Source: Callorhinchus milii (Eukaryota). From it: 64,000 nucleotides of DNA. The stretch covers positions 3,100,001-3,164,000 of the forward strand of contig NW_024704749.1 in NCBI RefSeq assembly GCF_018977255.1. Reading direction: 5' to 3'. Of the stretch, positions 1 to 13,966 are shown in pieces (position 1 is the first letter of the stretch; every line of letters begins with the position of its first letter). The notes under the pieces are model-generated. The model saw nothing but the letters and a program-made list of their open reading frames with translations, had not been told where the DNA came from and searched no databases. Both the position numbers and the translations under genes were made by a program.

Positions 1-1008
1 AGCGGGCACTGGTCTGCACTATGTCGACCACCCCACCATAAGCAGAAAGCCATGTTAGTCTCCGTAATGGAGAGTATGCAACCCAGTAAAATTAAACTGA
101 TAAAAAGGTACAGTATATTCCCTTTGGTGGCACCAAACAGGATAATTTGTAATGAATAAATGATGCAACACACTATCAAATTGGATGTCTGTCATGATTT
201 TTATCTGCTAATCTGGGACTGACACTGCAGTGCATTACTGAAGGTAGTGGTGCCTTTTTGCCCCTAAACTCTAGAACTCCATTCAGGAATCTATTCCGCT
301 TTCCCTGTCCTCCGTCGGTGAATGCTAACTCAACTCCTTTCTCTTTGATTGTACCTTAGTCATCCTTCCATCTCATCCCCGTTGATTCAAATCGCAGCTC
401 TGGTGCAAATGTTTGACTGTCCAGCACTTTGCTACGTCGTCCCAACATGAAACATATTACATAAATGCATTTTTTTATTCCAGTTTTCAGTCATTATCAG
501 TGACTTTTATTGTGGTGGAGCGCCTGCCATTACGATTAACCTAATTTTGACAGTCTAAAATATACTGTTTTGGAGGTATCTCATCACAAAGGAATCCCCA
601 CTAACCTCATTTCTCCCACAACCCTCCGCCTGCTGGCAGGGTTGACACGAGTTGGAGATTCAGTGTCCAACAAGCCGAGTGCTCAGCATTCATTGGGTAC
701 GCAGCTAATACCAGGAAGTCCATCTGAACCTGTGTATTACCATCTGAAACGCTTGAGAGCATAACTACCATTCTCCTGACCAAAGTGTTTCCAAAGTTAA
801 CACTAATAACGGAGAATACACAACCTGGTAAAATTAAACTTCTAATGTGCATATGTCCTCAGGTGGCACCAAACATGATATTCTACAGTAAATAATTCAT
901 ACAATCTAATACGAAAATAAACATCAGTCATGATTTCTATCGAATAATCCAGGGCTGTCATCACTGAGGTTAGTGGTGCATTATCAGAGGTTTCATTTTT
1001 TGAATCAT

Positions 1009-1326
1009 AAATAATAAATAATAAACCTTCCATTTGATATAGGATTTTCATGTCTTCTAGAAGTCTCAAAGTGCCTCACAGAGTAGACTGTAAAGTGAAC
1101 TGACTGTATACTTGTGGGCGAAATGCAGCAGCCAATTGTGCACAGCAGTGTCGCACAAACATTTATGGATTGAAATGACCAATTTATTATTGTTTTCTTT
1201 CTTGAGGAATTATTATCAGGTGTGTGGAGTAAGGGAACTTGCTCAAAGTTTCACCCTGCCAGAAATCAGACCGAGGTCTCTCGTTTGCAAACTGAGAGCT
1301 CTCGCCGCTCAGCTACAGGACTCCAC
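1009..1326 (-). mobile_element. tRNA-derived SINE (family with L2-like tail), unit A-specific insertion
   Basis: Head gtggagtcctgtagct, body and (ATT)n tail. Empty site gtttgaataagatg at ~11012-11025. Confidence 0.85.
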
Positions 1327-1473
1327 AATAAGATGCTAAACTAAGCTGCTATTTCTTCAGGTAGACATAAATGTTTCTGTCACATTAATTGAAAAGCAAA
1401 AGAGTTTAGTTATACATAAGTAAAATTATTTTTTCAGTTCTAGATTCAAAAACAACTATAATTTCCAAATATA

Positions 1474-1756
1474 TAATAAATAATAATAATCCTTGCATTC
1501 GATATAGCGCTTTTCACATCTTCTAGACGTCCCAAAGCGCTTCACAGAATATATTGTAAAGTCAATTGACTGTATATTTGTGGGCGAACGCGGCAGCCAA
1601 TTGCGCACAGCAGGGTCCCACAAACAGTCATGGATTGAAAATGACCTACTTATTGTTTTTTTGTTTTTTTGAAGGGATTATTATTAGGCGTGTGGAGTAA
1701 GGAAACTTGCCCAAGGTTTCGCCCTGTCTGGAATTGAACTTAGGTCTCTCACTTGC
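1474..1756 (-). mobile_element. SINE, 5'-truncated
   Basis: Same family body and tail. Confidence 0.85.
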
Positions 1757-4178
1757 CCTCCACGCAGAGAAGCGTCTCAGGGCGCTTGATTTCTTCTGTT
1801 ACAAATTGCTGCTTCTAATATCTACTGTGTTTGGATGTAAAAATAGTCACTACACGGAGGAACCAAGTGAGTTGCTTTCATAAGAGTAGAAAGATGAAAC
1901 TGTCACTCATTCACAATTGTTGTCTCTGTGAGAGTGAGGAAACTGTTTCATTTATTGTGAGACAGTGCCCTCTATGAATCGAGTGTGTGAGTTGAACATG
2001 ATTCTCCTGCTCCTCATCCTGATCTGGTCTTTCATAATGTACGAATACTTGGGTAGAAATACAAGATGGGTCAAAGGGTACTCTATTAAACTGTCATATG
2101 AAAGTTGTCAACGTGTTAATTCATATTTAACTTTGAGAACCGCTTTCTGTAGTTCAATAGACCCAGGGGTGGAATTTCTACTGACATATTAGCAAATATC
2201 ACGGAAGTTGATTTCTTTATTTCTCATGTGAACAGGAAGAGGGATAACACTCCTTGTTTGATGCTGCTGACATCTTTACAATTATGCCGATACCAAAGGA
2301 AAAAAATGATAATACTTGAACATGTATAGTTATATTATTATCGTTAAAGCGATATCCCAAATATATTTTTCTAAAAACAACACTTTATGCCGTATCGAAA
2401 TGTATTCTCAGTGGGATACAGATATTGCGACCACTAAAATCAAATATAAAGTGTTCTTGACAGATGGCTAAAATAACCTGTTGAATTCTCCCCCCCCCCC
2501 CCCCCCCCCCCCCCCACCTCAAAGAACAAATACCATTTGCAGTTTTGACTCACAAATTAGCGCATGATTCAGAATGCATAAACATAGATGTCAGACCTGG
2601 TTGGTTCTCATAACCATCAATAAATGCAAATTTGCAGATTAAGAGAGTAGTAAACTGTATCTTGTGAATGTAGAAAGCACTCCGCTTACTGTCGGTTGTG
2701 TTGAGCGATGCAACAATCATGGGTCTTATTGGTTCCTTCAATTGTACTATTCAGTTCTAATGAATTAATTCTCCCGATTCAAACATAAATAGCGATTATT
2801 ACACTATCCACGTTTAGGGGTTAATTTCATATGAGATTGATAAATTTACGATTATAGAAGATTATTGAAAAAATGTTGTAAGCTACTGTGCTACAAATTA
2901 CCGGCTCATCCTGGAATATTGCAGATATGTTGTTGTCTAGTTATCCTCCTATCATATTTTCAATTAAATAATCCAATGTTTTATACTTATTTAAATAATG
3001 ATCTACAACGATACAGAGAATAATAACGATACAGCTTTGAAGGTACAACAAGGGGAAAACATTAACATGAAATAATGCAAACTTGAGCTGTTGAAATAAA
3101 CTGCAGTGACAACTACAGGTGTTAAACCGTCATCGAAATGCTGCAAAGAGGAAGTTGGTTTCTCGACAGCGGGATCGGGGCACTCCGGTACCCACAAGAT
3201 GGTGGGGGGGGGGGGGGGGGGGGGGTCGGGGGAGGAACATTCTCCGGTAAATCCTCCATGAGCTTTTGGGGGAGGGTACATTTTCTCGTTTCATGCATCT
3301 GATTGCCTGATGGACAGCAGCTTTTAAATATGATGTTACTCCTTTTGGCAATATAAAAGCTTAGCGTAAAGATTGTATTAAATGTTGTAGTAAATGGTTA
3401 CGTATACACGTTTATTTAGTTCTATAGACATTGGTGGGCTGACTTTTAATTCATTTGCAGTTTAATTTCAAAGTTGGTTGTTTTTCACGAACCTCATGAA
3501 ATCGCTCTCAGATAACGACCGCAATTAACAATTTTCCCAAATTCTGCGCAATAAGTTTAAATTTTAGGACGCAATAGTTTGGGGGCTCCAATTAATTAAA
3601 CGCAATTACAACTGCTGACGCCTCTGTGCCACACTGGAGAAGAAGTTTGAGGCAGGACAGCAAGATGCTGAATGTGCTATTCGTGTTCCTTTGTGTGTGT
3701 ATAATTTTATGATGGAATATTGCTTCCCGTATGACGGCATTCTGTAGATTTGCCATTTTATTACATACTTAACGTTTATCTAAATATTCATACATTAATA
3801 ACAAATAAACTAGTTGTTTTGGAAAAAGAAAGAATGATATCAAAAAGAGAAATTGAAGAAAAAGAGGACAATGGAAGAGACATTTTATTAAGCTGTGGCT
3901 TATGGTATTTCTGTAATTTTACACAATGGGTTTGATCATTGAAGCGTGTTCACATTGCAAGATACAACCATTCAATTCCAGCAAATTGACAAATATTATT
4001 CTTGCCGGTTTTAAGGCAATACAAGAAACATCTAAATGCCATTTCCTTCGGTTTAGAAATTTATCGAAAGTGTTTACAAAGTGAATCTGTTTCTCAATTT
4101 GGACATTCCTGGTAAAATGAACTTCAATTTCAAAATACCACAAAGGTAGATATTCGATTAGCGCTCCACATTCTTGAT

Positions 4179-4501
4179 TTAGGTACAACTGGATCTGGCG
4201 ATGCTTTTCTCGAGCGGAGTGGTCAGAGTCTGGTGTTTGACCACACAGGAATACAGGTCGTGTGACTCCCACTCGGAGGTTGGCAGAGTCAGATAACTGC
4301 TCACACTGTACGTGTTGTCCGCCTGCTGTTTGATCGCACTCGTTTCAACACCTTGACTTCTGGCACTGCCATCCACAGTCCACTCGACCTCCACAGCTCC
4401 CGGGATAAAATCATTCACCAGACACACCAGGGTCGCCTTGCTCTTTGCTGTGATTTGATCTGGTGAAGGCGGAAGGACAGTCACCGAAGGGCCCTGTGAG
4501 T
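4179..4501 (-). CDS. Ig lambda-type (type II) light-chain constant exon C1, intact but orphan (no own V-J)
   Basis: Acceptor ttttccttccag precedes 4501. Translation (x)SQGPSVTVLPPSPDQITAKSKATLVCLVNDF...W...YSCVVKH...RSSCT* has the C1-set Cys/Trp/Cys motifs and the penultimate interchain Cys. AATAAA on minus at 3889-3884. Confidence 0.93.
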
Positions 4502-6964
4502 CTGGAAGGAAAAAAAATAGTATTCAGATCATGTCCACTACATGATTAATTAAAATAGTTGAAATTATTTTTCTTAATATCTTAAGATTACAATCGTCCT
4601 GTTCAATCGCACGACACAACTTCAAGATCGCTAATAACTACAACAATACAGTAATTCACATTCGCGTAAATGGCAGAACATTTTCTTGTCTATTGACGGT
4701 ACTGTTCAATTGTGGCAAAGTCTATCTATATCAAGGGAACAATCAGTGCTGGGGTCACTACTGATAGACAAATGTCTGGGGGCTGCTCATCATACACACT
4801 TCATTATTATACATACTATCATTAGTTGGCGGATGAGCGGTTAAACAGGGACCACATGTTCAAAATATTCCTGTATTGAAGAAATTAAATCTTACAATCG
4901 ACAGAAATAACACCAGACACTAACATATCCCGTCACAGGAAGTATATGGCGGGAACACCTGATTGAAAGCGCAGTAACACATTATTGTTAATTCTATCCA
5001 TTGTTTCCCTTCACAGAGGAGAGAACGTGCAGCAAATGGATATAAATATCTGTCTGTGTTTTCAACTGAACACCCAATTGCGACTAATTCAGTGTAAATC
5101 TAAATACGCATTATTCGGCTTTAAATCCAATTATGCGCAATCTGACCTTCCTTGACAACGGAGCTGCTAATCTTTGAGCGATGTTTGGGATTTGAAGAAT
5201 CGCCATTCACGAATGTAGGTCATTTGTTATTCATATCTCAAAATGTTATTATTTACCAATACAATCAGAATATTATTAATCTCAAAATCAAATTGAATCT
5301 TGTTGGAGTGACTATGACATACCGATAAAAATAACAGCCGAATGCTTTCACCCCAACTATAAATAAGCAGATCCATCAATGATGGGGGTTTTTTACAGTC
5401 ACAGCAGCAGATACAAAGATTGTGAAAATCTCTTTTCAGCAAACAGAAAATCAATTCAGGAGCACAATCAGGTTCCAATATTTCAATCGCTGCGGAAAGT
5501 AACTTCACAAGTCTTCAATAATTGATTTGGCATCGTGTTAACTGAATTTAGTCCCTAATTAACAGCGCACTACAGTTACAGTTAATGCATAGGTCGGGAT
5601 CCTCACAACTAATAGGAAACAATGAAGTTAATTTTCAAAGGAGAAAATATATTTTGTGTGTTGAGCGGATTGAGCCGTCTCTCGGGCTGTGGCTTCTCTC
5701 ACAGTTGATCAAATCTGAACAATTACAGCCACTTGGTGGTGGAACATGTGACATTCATGAGTATTTGCTGTTCATTGCAGTTGTGCTCCCCTGAGTGACA
5801 TGAAACACGGAATTGGGAGAAAATAAAACATTTGAAGAAATCCAAAAAGAAATCTGCAGAAAATGTTAAAATAGAAGCGTTTTCTAAGGGGAGGAATAAT
5901 ATTTCCAAGTCATATTATTGTTGTGGAGTAAGGAAACTGGCCCAAGGTTTCACCCTGCTGGAAATCGAAACCAAGTCTCTCGCTTACAAAGCAAGTACTC
6001 TAACAACTGAGCTACAGTTCTCCACTTATTTATTCTTTCGCCAAGGGGATTTTCCTGGAGACACTCATGGAACGAAAAAAATAGGTTTGAGTAGACACTG
6101 TAAATGAGTGACCTGAAATGTTGCTTCACGGAGCATATTATGAATTGCACAATGGCTGACTAGCGATCTTTCATGTCAAGTATTAATTCAATTAGTTCGA
6201 TATCTTCATATAGAAATCTGGTCAGCGCTCTGATATCATTCCCCACCTGCTTTAATATTATACTTTGTTTATTTTAACCAACATACTGGGTAGAGGCTAT
6301 AATGTGTGGAAAGGTGTACACTTTGGTATATTCATAAATTTCCAATCAATTCTTAGATAATATTGGATACCATTGTTTTCTTCTTATCTTGGAAAAATAT
6401 TAATACAAAATATGTTTCTAGTGAAAGTTGCCTTTCCCATGTTTACATAAACCACATTGAATAGCAGCACATCTCCCTTATTTTGCTCTATAATACTGAA
6501 GCTTTACTGATAAAGCATTAACAGCTGTAAATCTATATTTCCTTCCAGTGAACAGACATGCGATGGCATCAAAACATAAAAACTCAATTCCGATCTTCTT
6601 GACCTGTTGCCTGCAGCTATGTTGTGATGTGATGTGGAACAAGAAGTGTAAAAGCAGATTTATGTTCCTCAACCAACTGAAGGAAGGAAAGTGCTCAAGT
6701 GTAGTTTTACATCAGCATCCCACTCGCTTGAATTGAATTCTGCTCATGCACCGATCCCATACACTTTTGTGACACATAAATGTCAAATGGCTCATATATG
6801 TGAACAATCACAGAGCAGCCATCATTTTAAAAAGTATTCCTACAGTACGCGTATTGTGCTACAAATGAAATACTTAGATAATACTTATCAGGATATCCCC
6901 ATCATTGCAATGCAGCAGTTAATTTACTAAGGGCTTTCGTTTTGTTAGAATTATTTTGAGAACA

Positions 6965-8905
6965 GAGAACAGAGGGGGTAGAGAGTCGAGAGGGGAGCTG
7001 AAGGCACGGTCAAAGAGAAACGTCTTGAGACTGGCCTTGAAGGAGGAAAGGGAGGAAGCGGTGAAGGCACTGGAGGAAAGAGTTCCAGAGCCTCGGGGCT
7101 GAGAGGCTGAAGGCCCGGCAACCAATGGTAGGGCGGTAGGGGCGGGGGATATGGAGCAGACCGGAGCCAGAGGAACGGAGGGGAGGGACAGGTAGGTAGG
7201 GGATTAGTAGGTCGGAGAGGTAGGAGGGAGCAAGGCCATGTATGGCCTTGTAGGTGAGGATGAGGATCTTGAAATCGATTCTCTGGGGGATGGGGAGCCA
7301 GTGGAGGTGAGCCATGGCGAGGGTGGGAGTGATGTGATCCCGAAGCCTGGTGCAGGACAATACACGAGCTGCAGAGTTCTGAATGACCTGCAGCTTGTGG
7401 AGGGAGGTGCCGGGAAGGTCAGCGAGGAGAGAGTTCCCATAGTCCAGCCTTGAGGTGATAAAGGCGTGGACCAGAGTTTCAGCAGCGTGAGGGGTGAGGT
7501 AGTGCCGTAGTCTTGCGACATTCCGGAGGGATGGAAGGCGGTGCCAGTTGTCGCGCGGATATGAGGGAGAAAAGACAGCTCAGGGTCAAACAAAACGCCG
7601 AGGTTCCTGACTGGCTTTGAGAGGTTGAGAGTGCAGCCTTGGATACTGATGCTGTCAGTGCCTGAGGTGCGGAGGCATGGACACGAGCCAATCAGGAGGG
7701 CCTCAGTTTTACGCACGTTGAGCTGAAGAAAGTTGTCTCTCGTCCAGGACTCGATGTTGGACAGGCAGGCTGTCAGGACATCGGTGGTCGTGGAGTTGAG
7801 GGTAGAGGAGGAAAGGTAGAGTTGGGTGTCATCCGCATGCATGTGGAAGTTAACCCCATGTCTGCGGATGATGTCACCAAGGGGGAGCATGCAGAGGGTG
7901 AAGAGGAGGGGACCGAGGACAGAGCCTTGAGGGACACCGCACGAGACAGTGCGGGGGCCAGAGGAAAAACCATTCGTGGAGACAAAGTGAAGACGGTGGG
8001 AGAGATATGACCTAAACCACTCAAGGACAGGGCCTTGAAGGTTTAGGTGGGAGGACAAGTGATGGACGAGGATAGCATGGTCGACCGTATCGAATGCTCC
8101 CGATAGGTCGAGGAGGACGAGGAGGCAGAAGGAGCCCTGGTCACAGATGTTCAGGATGTCATTGGTGACCTTGACCAGGGCAGTTTCTGTGCTATGGGCA
8201 GCACGGAAACCCGACTGACAGGGTTCGAATAATGAATGGTTGGAGAGGAAAGAGCGCAGTTGGGAAACGACAACTCGTTCCAGGACCTTGGAGAGGAAGG
8301 GGAGGTTGGAGATGGGCCGGTAGCTTGATAGCTGCGATGCATCAAGGGAAGGTTTTATTCAAGGTGGAATTGATGGTGGCAGTTTTTAAGGGAATGGGAA
8401 CAGAGCCAGAGGTGAGGGACAGGTTGACGATGTCTGTGATATGTTGGGCAAGGTGGTGGAGCTGGGAGATAAGGAGAGGAGTGGGGATGGGGTCAAGGGA
8501 GCAGGTGGTGGGTTTCAGGGATAGGATGAGTTTGGTGACAGAGGGTGGGGAAACAGGTATGAAAGTGTGTAGGGGAGGATGGGTAGGAGTCGGAGTGTGG
8601 GAGGGAAGGGGTGGGGGGTGGGTAGATGTTGGAGGGGAAGTAACCGTGGAGCGAATTCCCTTGATTTTGGATTCAAGGAAATCCAGCATCTCCTCACAAT
8701 GAAGGTTGGAGGAGATGACCTGCGCGGGGTGGCGGGGGGGACGGAGGAGTCGGGCTGTGGTAAAGAACAGTAGCCTGGGGTTGTTCTTCGCCTCCAGGAT
8801 TATCCTGGAGTAGAAGGACGATTTGGCCGAGGCTAGAGTGGAGCGGTAGATTTTGAGGAGGTCCAGCCCGATTTGTTGGTGGACCGTTAGGCCAGATTTG
8901 ACCCA
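6965..8905 (-). mobile_element. 5'-truncated young L2 LINE (RT C-terminal part)
   Basis: Minus ORFs 8342-8959 and 7204-8058 with [13 protein letters not shown] and [10 protein letters not shown] motifs. Highly similar to the element at 20893-23828. Confidence 0.9.
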
Positions 8906-8989
8906 GTCCTGGATGAGAGCTGACTTTCTCCAGCTTAAAGTAGAAAGGTTGGAGACCATCCTGCTTGACTTGAGTCAACACATTCTTAC

Positions 8990-9640
8990 CTCATGCACTT
9001 ATAACGTCACTATTGGCATATGGACTTTTAACCTCACAGATCCAATACCAATTCTTGGTGTCATGTTCGATCCTCATCCATCCTTTATCCCCATATCAGT
9101 TCTATGAATCATTCTGCGTTGCCGCACGTTCACTACATTATCCAACTCTGCCACTGCCTCTCCCCTCATGCTGCCAAAACCCTCATTCATGGATTGATCA
9201 CGTCCAGGTGTGTGGAGTTATGTTAACCCTCTGCTAACTGGATTTTCTAACTCTTCCCTCCATAGGTTAAAGATTATTCAGAACTCTGCAGCTATCATTC
9301 ACCAAGCTCCATGAACCAATCATCCCCAACCAACAGAGAAACAAGTTGAGGATCCTCATCCTTACTTCAAACGCCCTCCAATTTATTGGCCCTTAACACC
9401 TTACCAACATTCCTGCTCCATTCGCTTAGAAGGCACTGGTCTGCACTTCTTCAACTGACCCACCATCAGCAGGCAGGAATTCAGCATTTTTCTTCCCACC
9501 ATTTGGAACTCCATTCAGGAATCTCTCCACCTTACCCTGCCTTCCTTCCTTGAAGGCTCATCTCAAGTCCTATCTCTTTGACAATGCCTCGGTCATCATT
9601 CCACTCCATCACCTTTGAGCCAAATCCCTAGCAAACCCTT
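8990..9640 (+). mobile_element. Old degenerate L2 3' fragment
   Basis: Decayed similarity to the L2 RT end (attcagaactctgcagct, tggaactccattc) and an L2-like tail. Confidence 0.6.
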
Positions 9641-12600
9641 GAGTGTTCAACATTTTGTGATGTAAACCCAACATGAAAAGCACTACATAAACACAATTCG
9701 TTGTTGCAGTTGTGTGTCATGATCAATAGTTTGTACTATGGTAGAGGACCTGCCATAAGAATAGCGTAATTTTGATAGTCTGACTAACATTGCCATGCAG
9801 CCATCTCAGCTCAAATTAAACTCCCACTAAACTTGCTTATTTGCCCGCGCACCTCCAAACCCCACACACCAACGACCCATTGGGTAGGATTGACACAAGA
9901 TGATAATTCAGTAGCTAACAAGGACAGTTTTCAGTCCTCATTAAGTAAAGAACAGTTGCCATGAACTCAATATGAACCTCTTCATGACCATATGAAATGC
10001 TAAAGACCACTATCTTCCTCAGGCACACAGATAGGGCAAAAAGCCATGTTAGTCTTCATAATGGAGAATATACAACCCAGTAAAAGTCGAGTGACAACAT
10101 ACACAGTATACTCCCTATGGTGGCACCAAACAGTATAATCTACAATGAATAAATGATACAATATTCCAACAAATGGACATTTGTCATGATTTTTTTCTGC
10201 TAATCTAGGGCTGACACTACAGTCCATTATTGAGGGTAGTAATGCATTATCTGGCTGTCCCACCATCAACATGCGGGCCTTCAGCCTTTTTGATCCTAAA
10301 TTCTAGCACTCCATTTAGGAATCTCTTCCCCTTGTGATGCCTTCCATCCATGAAGCATAATCTCAACTCCTTTCTCTTTGACTGTGCCTTGGTCATCCTT
10401 CGACCCATTCACCTTGATTCCTATCGCAGCTCAGGTGCAAATGCTTGACTTTGCTAAGTCATCCCAACATGAAACACATTACATAAATGCATTTTTCTTC
10501 TTGCAGTACTTGGTCATTATCAGTGTCTTATAGTATGGTTGAGTGCTTACCATTATGATTAACCTAATTTTGACAGTCAAAGGTATGTTGTCTTGGAGTC
10601 ATCTCATGTCAAAGGAGTCCTCCGTAACCTCACTTCTCCCCCATTACTCCGCCCGCTGGAAGGATTGACATGCATTGGAGCTTCACTATGTAACAAGCGC
10701 AGTTTTCAACATTCATTGGGTAATCAGCTGATACCAGCAACTCCATGTGAGCTTCTGTGATACAATCTGAAACACTTGAGAGCATCATACCATTCTCCTG
10801 ACCAGAGTGTTAACCCTCATAATGAAGAATACACAACCTGGTAAAATTCAAGTTCTAAGGTGCATATGCCCTCAGGTATCACCAAACACGATATTCTACA
10901 GCTAATGTTTGATACAATTTAATATCAAATTGAACAACTGCCATGATTTCTATCGAACGTTCTAGGGCTGACATTGGTGAGGGTAGTGGAGCAATTATCA
11001 GAGTTTTCATTGTTTGAATAAGATGCTAAACCAAGTTGCTGTTTCTTTGGGTAGACATAAACGTTTCTGTGACATTAATTGAAAAGCAAAAACACTTAAT
11101 CATACATAAGTTACATTAGTTTTTCTGTTCTTGATCCAACAACAACAATAAGAGTAGCTTCTCGGTGAGCTTGATTTCTTGTGTTACCAAGTTGCTACTG
11201 CCAATATCTACTATGTTTGGCTGCAAAAAAAGTCACTACACTTAGCAACAACGTGAGTTGCTTTTATAAGAGCAATAAAAATGAAACTGTCACTCATTCA
11301 CAATTGTTGCCTGTGTGAGAGTGAGGAATCTGTTTTATTTATTGTGAGACAGTGCCCTCTACGGATCGAGTGTTTGAGCTGAACATGATTCTCCTGCTCC
11401 TCACCCTAATCCTGTCTACATCTGGTCTGTCAGAATGTACGAATACGTGGGTAGAAATACAAGATGGATCTCTATTAATGTGAAAGTTTGCAGAGATTGT
11501 GAAATTCATGTTTAACTTTCAGAATCGCTTTCTGTAGTTCAATCAGACCCAGGTGGAATTTCTACTCAAATATTCACAAAGATCACGGAAGTGGATTTCT
11601 TTATTTTGCATATAACAGGACGGGGAACTATACTCTGAATAATAAAACTGAAGAACGTGGTCATCGCATTGATGAAAAGCAACAACGGCTTGCATCTGAA
11701 TACCGCACTTTACGCAGGGGAATCTCTCGGATTCCTTTACATGGAAAAAAATAAGCGCAATCAATGTCATTGCAAAAATTTAAACCGAGTCCAAGAATAG
11801 TGCAGCATTTGTGCTGTCGATGCAAGTACTTCCAGATATTGCATAACGATGCTTAAAGCCGCAAAATGATACCTGAACATGTGGCTATTCTTTTAGAAAT
11901 ATTCATACAAGACGGTACCAAATCCCGAATAGTTTTATTAATTAGTAGGATTTATGTTTGATTTATACTGCTACATACTTTCCGCATTCAATTCGCAGAT
12001 CGATATATTGCCCGATCTTCCCGAGTTCCTTGTTTGATATTCCTGGGGTCTTTATAATGATGCCGATTTAAAAGGAAAAAAATTATGAATACTTATATAA
12101 AAACGTGTATAGTTACATTGTGATTGTTAAATCAATCACTTTATGCCATATCGAAATGTATTCTCAGTAGGTTACATGCGTTGTGGCCATTAAAATAAAA
12201 TATAAAATAATCCTGAAAGATGTTGTAAACTATTATACTACAACATTACCTGCTGCTACTGGGACATTGCAGATACGCTGTGGTCTAGATATCCTCTGAT
12301 CAGAGTTTAATTAAACAATGCAATGTTTTATATTTGTTTAACTATTGATCTACAAGGATACAAAATATAATGCCCACCGATTTAAAGATTGCGAGAAAGG
12401 AAAAGTATTCACATGAAATTATACAAACTGGAAATGTTGAAATAAACTGCAGTGACATCTGCAGATGTTAAAACGTCAATGAAATGCTACAAAGAGGAAA
12501 TTGGTTGCTCAACAGCAGTTCGGGGCACACTTGTGCCGCAAGGGGGGCAGGGGGGGAGATGGGAAGGAGCAATATATCTTCCATGAGCTCTGGGGGGACG

Positions 12601-12849
12601 GTACATTTTCTCTTTTAATTTGCATTGGATTGGCTGACGGGCACAAAGCTTTTAAATATGTTGGCACTCCTTTAGCAATATAAAAGCTGAGGCTAAACAT
12701 TGTATTAAGTAAATGGTTATGTATACACTTTGATTTAGTTCTGCAGACATTAAGGGCTGGAGAGGGAGGGGCAAATTTGATTCAGTGAAATAGCTTCTAA
12801 ACCCTGTACGCCATTGTTGGGGCAAAACAATTCACATGCGCTTAGCCTG

Positions 12850-13161
12850 TAATAATAATAATCCTTGCATTTCATATAGCGCTTTTCACGTCTTCTAGAC
12901 GTCTCAAAGCGCTTCACATAATATGCTGTCAAATTAATTGACCGTATATTTGTAGGCGAAACTCGGCAGCCAACAGTGCACAGCAGTGTCCCACAAACAG
13001 TCGTGAATTGAAAATGACCAATTTATTGTTTTTTTTTTGTTTTTGGAGGATTATTTTTAGGCATGTGGTGTAAGGAAACTTGCCGAAGATTTCGCCCAAC
13101 CTGGAATTCAACCCAGGTGTCTCACTTGCAAGGCGAGTGCTCTTAACCACTGAGCTACAGA
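12850..13161 (-). mobile_element. SINE
   Basis: Near full-length family match. Confidence 0.85.
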
Positions 13162-13966
13162 GCTTAACCACTCATTTCTAGTTGTGCAATATTTTAAATT
13201 CACTTCAATTTTAATAAATTCTCAATTTAATTTGAATGTCGGTTGTTTTCAGAACGACATGAAACTGCTTCCAGATACCGACCGAAATTAATATTTCCCC
13301 CAAATTCTGCGCAATACATTTTAAGTTTTAGGACGCAATAGTGTGGGGGCTACAATTAACTAAACTCAATTACAGCCGCTGACGCCTCAGTGCCAGATTC
13401 TGCAGAAGAAGTCTGAGGCAGGACAGCAAGATGTTGAATGTGCTGTTCGTGCTCCCTTGTGTGTGTATAATTTCCTGGTGGAATATTTCTTCCGGTGTGA
13501 CGGCATTCTGTGGTTTTACCAGTTTATTACATATTCAATGTTTATCTAAATATTCATAGAATAAGAAAAAAAACTATTGCTTTGGGAGAAAAATTGATGA
13601 AATCAAGAAAAGAAATGGAAGAAAAAGAGCCAATGCACAGAGGACAATGGAAGAGATATTTTATTAAGCTGTGGTATATGGTATTTCTGTAAGTTTACAC
13701 AATGGGTTTGATCATTGAAGCGTGATCACATTGCAAGATACAACCATTCAATTCCAGCAAACTGACAAATATTATTCTTGCCGGTTTTAATGCAATACAT
13801 CTAAATCCTATTTCCTTCGGTTGGGAAATTTATCGAAAGTGTTTACAAAGCGAATCTGTTTCTCAATTTGGACATTCCTGGCAAAATTAACTTCAATTTC
13901 AAAATACTACAATCACAAGTATTATTATTAAAGGTAGATATTCGATTAGTGCTCCACATTCCTGAT

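Larger units (their letters stand above)
1..6500. repeat. Tandem segmental duplication unit A of the lambda cluster
   Basis: Collinear similarity to ~10000-15717 (e.g. gccatgttagtc at ~50 and ~10045) and to 18710-19215. Confidence 0.88.

Noticed and set aside
3919-4272. Alternative-frame ORFs over the C exons (also 13868-14053, 27898-28131, 53375-53629)
   Set aside because: Shadow frames of Ig exons with no independent signals.
8232-8702. Gly/Pro/Ser-rich ORFs within LINEs (also 21918-22256, 22927-23721, 42660-43196)
   Set aside because: Antisense or off-frame products of C-rich L2 sequence.
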